From contig CAUYUJ010000312.1 in assembly GCA_963575745.1 (NCBI GenBank), positions 1-64,000 on the forward strand: DNA of 64,000 nucleotides. The letters are read 5' to 3'. Of the stretch, positions 52,285 through 64,000 are shown piece after piece; position 1 is the stretch's first letter; each line of letters begins with the position of its first letter. Below the pieces are notes generated by a model that was not told where the DNA came from, ran no database searches, and saw only the letters and a program-made list of their open reading frames with translations. The position numbers and the translations under genes were made by a program. The stretch comes from Prorocentrum cordatum (Eukaryota).

Positions 52285-52372
52285 GCTCATCAAGGGGATG
52301 GTGCGCAAGCTCCTCCAGGCCGACTTTGGCCTGCTGGAGTCGTACGTCCCGAGCAGCCTGGAGCCGCTGGAG
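52285..52372 (+). CDS. Thioesterase exon 6 (LIKGMVRKLLQADFGLLESYVPSSLEPLE)
   Basis: AAG|G acceptor (alternative CAG|C start at 52280), GAG|GT donor. LLQADFGLLESY matches the TEII L(R/Q)AD..L.E.Y motif. Confidence 0.88.
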
Positions 52373-53050
52373 GTGGGAGGAGGAGGAGGAAGAGGAGCAG
52401 GAGGAGGCGGCGGATGAGGAGGGGGATACTAGCAAGAAGAAGACGAATACGACTCACAGTAATGAGCATAATACTGATACCAATAATAATATTGGTAGTC
52501 GTACCAATAGATGCGGTGCTAATACTATCACTACTACTAATACGGATATGAATAATACTCGTCTACAACAACTAAGATGGGCAATCATAGCAATACTAAT
52601 AAAAAAGTGCACATACGAGTAAAACCATTGATAATAGTAAGCAGAGTAATACGAGCAATACTAAGACTACTAAGGACAACACGAATACGAATACGACAAC
52701 ACATGATATGATTCAGAATCGTGACATTCATATTGCTATTATTGAACTACGAGCATTTAGAATCATACTATCCAGAATATTAGGTTTACTAACACTACGA
52801 ATGCGACTTTTACTACTTAGTATGAATAACAATAAGAATGACACTGAGCATGAGGATGATGACTAGGAGGAGGAGGAGGAGGAGGAGAAAGGGGATAAGG
52901 AGAAGGAGGATGAGGAGGAACAAGTGGAAGAGGAGGAGGAGGATGAGGAGGACGAGGAGCAGGAATAAGAGAATGTCAGAGTGAGGGGGCCGAACGGTCA
53001 TTCACTGTCCCTGGGTGCGTGGCTGATGTGGAATTCCGCGGTGCGGATTC

Positions 53051-53102
<52 letters not shown>

Positions 53103-53213
53103 GTTTGTTGTTTGTTGTTTGTTGTTTGTTGTTTGTTGTTTGTTGTTTGTTGTTTGTTGTTTGTTGTTTGTTGTTTGTTGTTTGTTGTTTGTTGTTGTTG
53201 TTGTTTGTGTTGA

Positions 53214-53273
<60 letters not shown>

Positions 53274-53975
53274 GTTGTCGTCCTCCCACCCGCAACCCGC
53301 CCCGCGACCCACCCGCGACCCACCCCGCGACCCACCCCGCGACCCACCCGCGACCCACCCGCGACCCACCCGCGACCCACCCCGCGACCCACCCCGCGAC
53401 CCACCCCGCGACCCACCCCGCGACCCAACCCGCGACCCACCCCGCGACCCCCCCGCGGCCCACCCCGCGACCCACCCGCGACCCACCCGCGACCCACCCG
53501 CGACCCACCCGCGACCCACCCGCGACCTACCCCGCGACCCACCCGCGACCCACCTTCGACCCAAACCACGTTCAAGGTACAAACCACAATTTTCGGCGCC
53601 TGCGGCGGGCTTTTTTGCATTCCTTCCAAGTGGAGAGCCCGCGACACATCCCGTGACCAACTCGCGACCAACCCGCGACCCAAACCACGTTCAGGGTACA
53701 AACCACATTTTTCGGCGCCTGCGGCGGGCATATTTTGCATTCGTTTCAGGTGGAGAGCCCGCGGCCCACCCGCGACCACGTTCAGGGTACAAACCACATT
53801 TTCGGCGCCTGCGGCGGGCATCCTTTGCATTCGTTCCCTGTGGAGAACCCGCGGCCCACCCGCGACCCAAACCTCGTTCCGTGTACGAGCCAATTTTTTT
53901 GGCGCTTGCGGCGGGCTGCTTTTGCATTCCTTCCAGGTGGAGGTGGAGAGCCCGCGACCCACCCGCGACCTAAAC
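53051..53975. repeat. (GTT)n microsatellite, then 11-12-bp CCCACCC(C)GCGA array, then ~105-120-bp tandem repeat
   Basis: Direct inspection. Confidence 0.9.
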
Positions 53976-54754
53976 CACGTTCACTGAACAAACCAATGCC
54001 GCACAAGCGCGGCGGCGGATTCTTGCATGCCGTCTGAGCCCGCAAGGACCTCTTCACGCCCCGCACATCCACGCCAGCCCGTCCAGCAACTTTGCCCTGG
54101 CGAGTTGCCTTGATCAGAGAAGGCGGGGAGCATAAAGTGGAAAAAAGGATTGCGTTGCAGTTATCTTGGGAAAGGAGGGGGAGGCAGGATGAGTAAACAG
54201 GGGACGAGGAGAACGTGGAAGAAGAGAGGATGTAAGGAGAACGTGGAGAAAGAAAAGGAGGAGGAACAGGAGGACGAGGGGGAGGAGGGGGAGGAGGGGG
54301 AGGAGGAGGACGAGGAGGGGGAGGATGGGGAGGATGATGATGATGATGACGACAATGGGAGGACGATGATGGAGGCCGATGAGGGGGAGGACGACAATGG
54401 GAGGACCATGATGAAAAGACGAGGGGGGGAGAGGGAGGACGAGGAAGAAGAGGAGGAGGAGGAGGAGGACGAGGTGGAGGAGGAGGATGACGATGACGAT
54501 GAGGACGAGGAAGAGGAGGAGGAGAAGGAGGAGGAAGAGGAGGAGAAGGAGGAGGAGGAGGAGGTGGAGGAGAGCGCCATCGACAAGGAAGGTGGGGGCC
54601 ACGAGGTCCGCCGGCTCGACGACGCCCGTGTCGCCCGCGCCCGCCCCCTCACTCTTATCCGCAATTGCGGGGTTCTACGTAATATAATCGAATACGCAAT
54701 GGAGCTCCAGATCGTGACAGGGAGACGACTGCGAGCAGGAAAAAAAGGAGGAAC

Positions 54755-54821
<67 letters not shown>

Positions 54822-54919
54822 GGAAGAGAAACATGAGGAGGAGGAGGAGCAGGAGGATGAGGAGGAGAGGCAGGAGGATGAGGAGGAGAGGCAGGAGGAG
54901 GAGGAGGAGGATGAGGAGG

Positions 54920-55019
54920 NNNNNNNNNNNNNNNNNNNNNNNNNNNNNNNNNNNNNNNNNNNNNNNNNNNNNNNNNNNNNNNNNNNNNNNNNNNNNNNNN
55001 NNNNNNNNNNNNNNNNNNN
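54920..55019. other. Assembly gap (100 N) inside a (GGA)n tract in thioesterase intron 6
   Basis: Run of N. Exons 6 and 7 join in frame across it, which supports the scaffolding. Confidence 0.99.
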
Positions 55020-55139
55020 GGAGGAGGAGGAGGAGGAGGAGGAGGAGGAGGAGGAGGAGGAGGAGGAGGAGGAGGAGGTGGGCCAGGGGGACGTGCACGA
55101 GGGGCAGTGCGGCGGGATTCCCGCTCCCGCGGCCGACAG

Positions 55140-55177
55140 GTTCCGCTCTGCGCTCTGTGCGCCGAGGGCGACAACAG
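55140..55177 (+). CDS. Thioesterase exon 7 (VPLCALCAEGDN-R); gene continues beyond the window
   Basis: CAG|G acceptor, AG|GT donor, phase 0 to 2. Fits the TEII beta-strand and conserved Asp region that follows PL. No exon with the catalytic His was found downstream in the window. Confidence 0.78.
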
Positions 55178-55223
55178 GTGCCTGCCCGCTCCCGTCCATC
55201 CAGGGGTCCATGGCTTTGCCACA

Positions 55224-55388
55224 CACCTCGGGCGATGCTTAAGAAAACCTAAGTTTTCGGCCAGAGTCTCGATTATTCTTAACGTTTCAATGTAAATCCT
55301 AAGATTTGAATGGAAATTTTGGGTTTTTATTCAAGTTCTGAGACTATGAATTTCTTAACCCATGATTTCTAAAGCATTTCGCAGGGTG
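55224..55388. mobile_element. 165-bp AT-rich MITE family B, copy 2
   Basis: Same length and highly similar sequence to 22884-23048, flanked by CA/CA. Confidence 0.8.
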
Positions 55389-55624
55389 CACGCCGTCCCT
55401 AGGTTCTCCCCCGGGGGCGCGAAGATAGTCGTGCTTCGTGCACCGCGGCCTGGGTCGGAGAGGCGTCTTTCTCCAGGGTGTCGGCGGCCGATCGGCGCGA
55501 GTGCGCGAAGACAGCCGCGCGTCACGCATCGCTGGGCGCGATGCTGGAAGTTTGGTGACCTAGCATCCAGAGGGTGGAGGGTCCCCACCACCACCATCCA
55601 GAAAGTGGAGGGTGCCCTGAGCGC

Positions 55625-55660
<36 letters not shown>

Positions 55661-57780
55661 CTCCTGGACTGTAGACTCTGGTGGCATCGGAGGCCCCGAG
55701 AGAGCTGCCATCCCCGCCCAGCTGTTGTTGCCGCCGGGGGGGAAGGGGTGGGATCAAACTAGTTACCTATAGCGTAAATAGCGGAAAAGAAACCCGGCGG
55801 ACAGAGGCAAAACTCTCCCGGGGGCGGTGCAGTTGGGCCCCTCCAAAGAAGGAGGTCGTCGTCGCCGTCGCCCTCCTCCTCCTCCTCCTCCTCCTCCTCC
55901 TCCTCCTCTCTTCCTCCTCCTCCTCCTCCTCCTCCTCTTCCTCTTCCTTCTCCTCCTCCTCCTCTTCCTCCCCCTCCTCCTTCTCCTCCTCCTCTTCCTG
56001 CTCCTCCTTCTCTTTCTCCTCCTCCTCCTTCACCCCACCACCTCCTCCTTTTTCTCCTCCTCCTCCTGCTCCTCGCGACACGTCGCGACCATGTTTGTAC
56101 AGTGTCCGTGGTCGTTCTTGTACGGCGTGCGTCTGGAAGCAGTCTGTCATGGCGGAGTGTCTGGCACTTCTACTTGACATAGAGAAGGCCTCCGAGAACG
56201 TGATGTCTTACATTTTGGCTCCAGGGGCTCTCGAGTTGGGCTTCCATCCTGTTCTTGTACGATTTTTGGTCGAGCTGTATCTTGGCCCGCGCTTCGTTTC
56301 CGATCAGGTCATTCCTGGAGGGGGCGCGCGGGCGACCCGCACCATCGTGGCGGGGCGTGCATTCGCAGACCTCCTGATGAGAGCAACGCTACTACGTGGC
56401 ACGGACCAGCAGGTAGAGAAGTGTTCCGTTATTCTTACTGCGGTTTAGTAGCCGATGATCCTTATTGTTTGCTTGTTGGAACTACTAAGTTTCTTCTTGA
56501 ACAGGCGCTAGGTGTCGCGTCGTCACTCCTGACCGCGTTGTCGGTGTTTGCTCAGCTGCCAGTTTCTGTGTAAGTCTGACACGTCTACGCAAGGCTGGGG
56601 CTTGCGTGGGGCGTCTTGTCCGTTCTGATATCCAGCCGGTTGCTTTTTCTGGGTCTGGAGTTAAGGTATGCATTTTCAGCAAATCCGGTCTGCTTATCGT
56701 GTCTCTATGTGTTCACGTTCTCATCGTTGTGTTACCATGGCCGTAACTATTGAACAGATCGTACATCCTGCGGTTCCTGCTCGTACTGATGTTGTTATTA
56801 CTTATCATGCTTCTTATGGGATTCCCTGGTGCCTCAGCACCTCGTGGACGAGGCTTTTCAACGGGCCATTGACAATATTGGTATAGCCACCTGCTGGGAC
56901 AGCCTTCGTGGCCCGGCGTCGTCTAATGTGGCTACACTCTTGCATCTTGGCTGGAGCTTCCAATCCACCACTCTCTGGCTTGCACATTGGTATTTCTGTC
57001 GTTTCCCCCCGCGTTGTCGAGAATATGGTGGCGTTGGACGCGGACGTATGGGGATGGCAGCAAACTGCCCGTCACCACCCCGCGCTGTCCCACCTCTCCG
57101 GTCCATTTCATTTACCACCACTTCGTACTATCGGCATGTCTGCGCCTGCGTGGGGGAGGCCTCAAGGTGTGGCACTCAGATCCGTCATCGGGGCCGTGCG
57201 TTTGGTTATCCCCTGTTCTTTGTGCGGGGCTACCCATGCTGATGACATTTCTGCTATGCGTCACCTTCTTTGGGATTGTGGTGGCACGCAGGCTGCTCGA
57301 CAAGGTTACGGTTTGCCAGCTCACGTGGAACATGTTCGAGCTCTCCTTCCTGATGATCCGCTCTGGTACCCCGCTTTGGTCCCTGATCCAGAGCGGTTGT
57401 ACTTCCAGCTATGGAGTTGGACATTTTGTGGTTCTTTTTCGGTGACCCGCAGGGTTTGCCTCTACTTGCGTCTCCTGTCTTTGGCGACGGTTCAGGTCTC
57501 TATGGCCCTTCACCGAGAGCATTGCGCTGCGGCTTCTCTGCGGTTGCTGTGGGGCCATCCGGCGGTGCGCGCGTCTCCGCCCACTGTGCTCACCCTGGTG
57601 CTTATTAGTGTCTGCCTTGTGCGGAAGCTTTGTCGTTGCTGGTCTTCCTGCTGCATGCGTTGCCAGATTCAAGCGGCATGTTTTGTACGTGTCTATTACA
57701 GCGACGGCCAGAGGGTGGTGGAATCTTGGCACGCCCCATCTTCTCATCTTGTCTCCGGTTGGAGCCCCCACTCGGGCATA

Positions 57781-58190
57781 CAGTCAACCGTGATGGTAAG
57801 GACGGAGCAGCTTTCCAAGGCCACCCTTGCATCCCTGCCCCTTCGGTATTCGGCATCCTTCGGCATCCTGCTGCGCTCCGCACGGAAAACGTTAACATGG
57901 CGTTCCAAGGTCCTTGCGTCCTTACCGCGCATCCTCACTTCGGACACTGGAACATGTACATTATCAGTGGCGGGCTGTTTTGCACTCCCAGGACTTCTTG
58001 AGGATCGGGGACGACGCTGGGGTGGTGTGTTGTATATTTGTTTCCCCGATGTCCCGGGGAAACAACGAAACATGTATACACCAGGGTCTTGTATACACCA
58101 GGATCCGCTCTCCAGGGCAAATTTCAATGCAGGGCCGGAAAAAGCGTCGGTGTATAGATATCGGCTCCCTATTGCTATCTTGGTCGAGTG
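57781..58190. mobile_element. 410-bp Tc1/mariner-type MITE inserted in the RNase H region of the LINE
   Basis: Imperfect ~27-bp TIRs (CAGTCAACCGTGATGGTAAG… vs reverse complement CACTCGACCAAGATAGCAAT…), flanked TA / TC. Removal restores PHSGI-WARINAKSADIGCDGVRVRKAKAH. Confidence 0.75.
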
Positions 58191-58569
58191 TCTGGGCTCG
58201 CATTAATGCGAAATCTGCCGACATCGGTTGCGATGGCGTTCGAGTTCGCAAGGCGAAGGCCCACCTCGCCGTGTCACTCCTTTGTCCAGGCCGCCTGGCC
58301 AACGACAGGGAGCGACCACGCAGGACGAAAACCCAAGAAACATGGGAAACTATTGGGAATCCTGTTATTTGTATCTATTCATTTGTGTGTCCCAGGGCCC
58401 CTTCATCATCACGTTGATGCAGCTGCTGTGGAACGTGTGAGCAGGTCGAGTATTGTAGTGGAGCGCGCAGGCAGACACATGGACTTTATAAGGTCTCGTG
58501 TTTTTTTTTGTCCGCGCCTCGACGAGGTTCCTCGCCCTCCCTGGGCCGTTGGCCCTCCTTTGTCTGCAC

Positions 58570-58770
58570 CTCGGCGGCGAGCGAGGGGGGTAAGTGAGAA
58601 GGAAAAGGCCTTCTCAGAAGGCTCGGAAGTCCCCCGGCCTTCTCAGAAGTTCTCTGAGCCTTCCCGAAAACAGAAGAGACTACTCAGAAGGCGCGAGGGC
58701 TTCTGAGAAGTCCCGCCGCCTTCTGAGACTGCCTTCTCCTTCTCATCTCCCCTCCTCGCTCGCCGCCGAG
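58570..58770. mobile_element. MITE family A (GGCGGCGAGCGAGG termini); other copies ~22676-22854, ~32876-33080, ~59965-60171, ~61263-61427
   Basis: Perfect 17-bp TIR CTCGGCGGCGAGCGAGG, flanked by CAC (or GCACC) direct repeats. The internal GAGAAGG/CTTCTCAGAAG sequence is shared with the other copies. Confidence 0.8.
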
Positions 58771-61700
58771 CACCCCTCCAGCAGCTGTTTGTGACGCCGC
58801 CTGCGGGAATTCCACGCGAGCTTCGCGTGGGACTCTTCCGTGCAGCGGTTGAGGTGCATTGCCTCAACTCGGGCCTATAGTCAAAAAACAGCCTGGGGTC
58901 GATTTTTGGACAATGTTTTGCCATTTTTGGGGTATTTTTTGACTACCTTTTTATTTTTCGCCCAAAATCTCTCCGTAGGGGGACAGGCCCGGCCTAGGCA
59001 TAGCCTGTCGGGCCTCCAGCTAGTGCAAGTTCGAGCTGTATAGGGCCCCTTTGTCCAGCCCCCCATGGGTTCGGCCATGCAGTCGTGCGTGCTGGTAGGC
59101 CCGTCTTCTGGAAACAAAATGTGGCTCGTACTCGTCCGCGAATGTTGGGAACCTTCACAAACTGTAACAGGCGTCCTGAATCGTCCATCGGCAAGTACAG
59201 GTTCGGTAACTTGATGCAGGGACTGGACCAAAAGAGTAATCAGTCCACTGGCCCTGCTTTGCCAGCAATGGCGCGGCTATATGATGAGCTGGGGGACCTA
59301 ACAGTGGTGTCTCCTGGTCTGGCATTGGTCCCCCATCTTGTGCGCTAGTGCTCGCTCCTGCGGGGGAGACTCGGCAAGCGCATCTCAGCAGCGCCTTTTT
59401 AGCAGGATTGCTCTGCAGCCCTGTCTTATTATTTTGTTGGGGTATCTCTTGCGCGCTGGCTGTTCTGTGTTCTCTGGGCTGAGCGACACGCGTCAAGCGC
59501 GGTCGCCCCTTTTCCTTGTTCTGCCCTCTTTTCTTGGACCTGCCTCTTCGGAGGCATGCCACCGTCCTAGTCCCTAGTCCTAGTCCTACTCCTCCCGTTC
59601 CCCCTCCCCCTCCCCCTCCTCCTTCCCTTCCCCCTCCCCCTCCCCCTCCCCTCCTCTCCTTCTCCTCCTCCTCCCCCTCCTCCTCTTCCTCCTCCTCCTC
59701 CTCCTCCTCCTCCTCCTCCTCCTCCTCCCTCCTCCCTCCTCCTCTCGCCTCCCCGCTGCGGGGTGGCATGTCTGCTGGGAGTGCCGCAGCGGACGGGGTG
59801 CGCTCGGGGACGCGATTGGCGCACCCGCCCGTACGCGAGTGGCGCGCGCGCCGTGCGCCGAGGAGCCGCGGGCGTCCGCTCGGGGCGCGTCACGTGCGGC
59901 TGTGGCCGGCGGCGCCATCCGGACACTGCCCTCGCCGACCAACACCTCGGGCAAGCCAGTGCCGGCGGCCAGCGACGGGAGGAGGAGACGTCCTTCTCAG
60001 AAGCCGGCGGGGCTCCTCGGAGGCCTTCGGGGAGGCTTCGAGGAGGAGGAGGAGGAGGAGGAGGAGGAGGAGGAGGAGGAGGAGGAGTTGCATTTCTCAG
60101 AAGGGCCCGGGGTCTTCCGCGCCTGCCGAGGAGGCCCGCTCCTGCTCACTTCCCCCCCCAAAGGCTCGCCGCGGACCTGCCCGTCGCCGAGCAGGAGTGC
60201 AGGCAGGTCTTCGGGAGCTCGTCGGGCGCGTGGCCAAAAATCAGGAGGGGAAAAACATACAGACACAATTAATCGTCGATTCCCCGAAAATATGGGAAAA
60301 TAAGGGAAGAAGGGGGGAAACAAAAACTCAGAAAATGTAGGAAACCATTTGGAATCCCGTTCTTTGTGTCCATTTATTTGTGTGTCCCAGGGCCCCTTCA
60401 AAAAGTCCGAGCCCCACCCCGGCCTCCCGCCGATGCAGGGAGGACTCGATGGCCGTTGGTGGTCGGCTTCGGGTGTCGCCCCACCTGCGTGGGGGGGAGG
60501 AGGGAGGAGGGAGGCGGGAGGAGGGATGGAGGGAGGAGGGAGGGAGGAGGGAGGGAGGAGGGAGGAGGGAGGGAGGAGGGGGGGAGGAGGGAAGGAGGGA
60601 GGCGGCGGCGCTTTCCTGGGGAGGGGGGGGAGAGTCCTCTCGCTGGGCATCCCGCCGCCGAGGCGCCGGAGAGCGGGAGCCGCCCCCGGGCTCGGGAGGC
60701 GGCTCCCCCGCGCTCGGGCCGCGGCCGCGGGGGCAGGCCGTGGGGGGCCCCCCGGGCGCGTGGCCGAGGCCTCCCGGGGCCCGGAGGGGGCGGCGGCGAG
60801 CGCGGGGGGGCGGAAAAGAGGGGGGTGATGACTAGGGGGGGTGGATATCATGGCGGGGGCCATGATATTTCCCCAGATTTCATGGCGCCCCTTCTTATTT
60901 CATTACGTCCCCGGCCCCCCCGCTGGGCCGCGCACATGCCGCCGGTCATGATTTGCACCCCCCCCCCTCTTGGACACCCCCCTCTTTGCCGCTCCCGAGA
61001 GCGCGGGGGGGCAGGGAGTGAGGATCTCTAGGCCTCCCAGGTGGGGTCGGAGTGGACGGGTTTCGAAGGATCGCGCCGCATCGCCGATGCATCGCCGATG
61101 CATCGCCGATGCATCGACGATGCATCGGCGATGCGGAGCCCGATTTCTCCACGCCGACGTCGCCGGTGCATCGCCGATGCATCGCCAGTGTATCACCGAT
61201 GCATCGCCGATGCGGCGCGATCCTCCGACCCCATCTACTCGGACCCCATCTAGGAGGACTCTAGAGAAGGAGGAGGCCTTCTCGGAAGGCGCCGGGACTT
61301 CAAGACTCCCTCGAGCCCTCCGGCAAGTTTTCTCTGCCTTCGGGGAAGGCTCAGAACACCTCTCAGGACTTCCGAGCCTCCTGAGGAGGCCCGCTCCCTC
61401 TCGCTTCCCCCCCGCGCTCGCCGCCAAGAGAAGCCCCACCGTTCTTTATTATTTGGTGTTGATTCTGACAGCACCATGTTTGTGCACAACCGGTATGGCA
61501 CGGTTCTGCAAGCCCCCCCTGGTGGATGCGGTGGTGGTGGTGGTGGTGGTGGTGCGCGTCTTTTTCCCTGATGTCCAGAGGCCCCATTCGTCGTTCCTCC
61601 TTGATCCACGTCCTCCTCCCTTGGCGTCGTCGTCTTCCTCCTCGTCGTCGTTCTCCTCCTCCTCCTCTTCCGCCTCCCTCCTCTTTTTCCCTCCCTCGAG

Positions 61701-63192
61701 ATGGAAGGGCAGGAGGATGACGACGGAGGCAAAGGGGCGAGGAGGAGGAGGCGGAGGAGGAGGAGGAGGAGGATCGAGGAGGATCCAAGAGGATCCAGGA
61801 TCGAGGAGGAGGAGGGGGAGGAGGAGGAGGTGGAGGAGGACCAGTGTAACCCCAAGAGTCAGGAACGATATTGGAATTAACCCTCCCTTCAGGCTCTCTC
61901 TTCATATGCCCCTACAACGTTCATTTCCATTGAGGGAACTGCCTCGTTGGAAGATAACCGTTTAAGGACCCGGAGGCATGTCAAAACATGGTTCTCGGGA
62001 TTCCAACGCCACGGATCAACCTGACTGTGGCGTTTTGACACTCCTGAATCGTGCCAGAACGCCATTCCCGGGACTCCAGCACAGCGAAACAACGTTGTTG
62101 CGCCCGCATAATCCTTAATCCTTTCAGCACATTATTTCTGGTACGTTGATGATGGGAATCCGTGAAGCTCGTGCAATTTGTGTCAACGAATGTGCGCGGT
62201 GCTAAGGTGAGAGCCACAGTTTGAAAAGGATCTGCCCTCAATCCGTGAAGCTCTTGCAAAGTTTTAAAACGAATGTGCGCCCCAATCCGTGAACATCGGG
62301 CAACCTTTAAAAATGAATATGCGCCGCGCTCAGGCGAGAGCCACACTTTGAAAACGGGTCGCCCTCAATCCGTGAAAGTCTTGCACATTTTTAAACGAAT
62401 GTGCGTCGCGCTCATGCGAGAGCCACATTTTGAAAACGACCCGCCCTCAATCCGTGAAACGCTGGCAATCAAAAGCGAAGTTGCGCCGCGCTCAGGCGAG
62501 AGCCACATTTTGAAAACGACCCGCTCTGCATCCGTGAAGCTGTTGCCAATTTTCAAGCTTCAGAGTCATAAGTGGTGAGGGAGTCTCAGGCGAAACGCCC
62601 GGCGCGCCCTAAGCACTGGTCTCGGGGTACTACAGGGAGAGACTATTTACAAGGAAAAGGAATGGAGGGAGGAGGGAGGCCGGAGGAGGGAGGAGGGAGG
62701 AGGGAGGAGGGAGGAGGCGGAGGAGGGAGGAGGAGGAGGAAGAGGACGAGGAGGAGGACGAGGAGGAGGAGGTGGCGGAGGAGGAGGAGGAGGAAAAGGA
62801 GGAGGAAGAGGGAACTCTTAACAAGAGTTATACGTATAACAAGAATAGTGTCAATACTAATAATAATACGATGAAGGATAGTACGAAAATGGTTATTGAT
62901 AAAAAGATCCATGCTAATACTGATAATCGTACAACGACTAAGAACACATATGAACACAATAAGCATACTAATACGACTAATACTAATCGTATTCGTAGTA
63001 AGGAAAAGCATACTGATAAGAGGAAGATGAGTACTAATAGGAATGCCACTGTTAATTTAGATATTACTCGGACGACTATCTCGAAACATATTAAGAGTAC
63101 GATTGAAACATAATGAATGCTGATAGCACTAATCTTAATATTATGATTAATGTTTGTAAACTTATTAGAACTAATACTACTAGTACTCGGAC

Positions 63193-63580
<388 letters not shown>

Positions 63581-64000
63581 ATACTCATGCTAATACTAAC
63601 CGTCGTAATACTAATAGCAACACTAATAGTAACACTTATACTAATAGCAGCACTAATCGTAACACTTATACATCGTAGCAGTAGTAATAATATTCTTAAT
63701 GCTACAAACAATAAATGCTATGAGGAGGAGGAGGAGGATGAGGAGGATGAGGCGGAGGCGGAGGCGGAGGCGGAGGCGGAGGAGGAGGAGGAGAAGGAGG
63801 AGGAGGACGAATCACATTAATAATAGTATGAAGACGACTAGGGTTACTATGACGAATCAATATAATAACATTTTTGTAATAGTAGTAATAATCATATGAA
63901 TAATATTGATATTAGAGAGAACAATAATACGAGTAATACTAAGGGTAATAAGAAGACGAACACAAGCATACATACTATTACTTTTAGTATTAGTCATAAT

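Larger units (their letters stand above)
56070..59570 (+). mobile_element. Degenerate LINE-like element (RT - CCHC knuckle - RNase H - C-terminal domain) with nested insertions
   Basis: LLDIEKASENV, TIVAGRAFADLLM and VADD (~56448-56459) RT motifs; CSLCG…HLLWDC knuckle; RNase H-like FGDGSG, YYSDGQRVV, HSGIWARI…VRKAKAH; a C-terminal GH…VFW…C..RP…GKYRF segment at 59070-59240. Many stops and frameshifts. Confidence 0.75.

Overview
Eukaryotic, GC-rich, repeat-saturated DNA. The spliced-leader sequence and GC-AG introns with AG|G acceptors identify it as dinoflagellate; Prorocentrum-like is an inference from GC content and repeat types. Almost all long ORFs in the supplied track are artefacts of trinucleotide microsatellites. 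Real content: (1) A + strand type II thioesterase (GHSFG alpha/beta-hydrolase) gene, missed by the ORF track, that I assembled by hand from 7 short exons (683 nt over ~33 kb, 22213-55177); its 3' end lies beyond the window. (2) Nested in its intron 5, same strand, an intronless four-EF-hand retrogene. It is headed by a near-perfect DinoSL plus three progressively decayed SL relics, and frameshifted by a ~190-bp TIR element whose removal restores a 421-aa ORF. (3) Two degenerate non-LTR retrotransposons: one RT + C2H2 fingers + a downstream second ORF, one RT + CCHC + RNase H carrying nested MITEs. There is also a weak GIY-YIG/RT-like relic. (4) Many MITE/TIR families, a Helitron2-like element, 117-, 89- and ~83-bp tandem repeats, very large (GAT)n/(GGA)n arrays, and a 100-N gap. 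All homology calls are from motif recognition by eye; no database searches were run.
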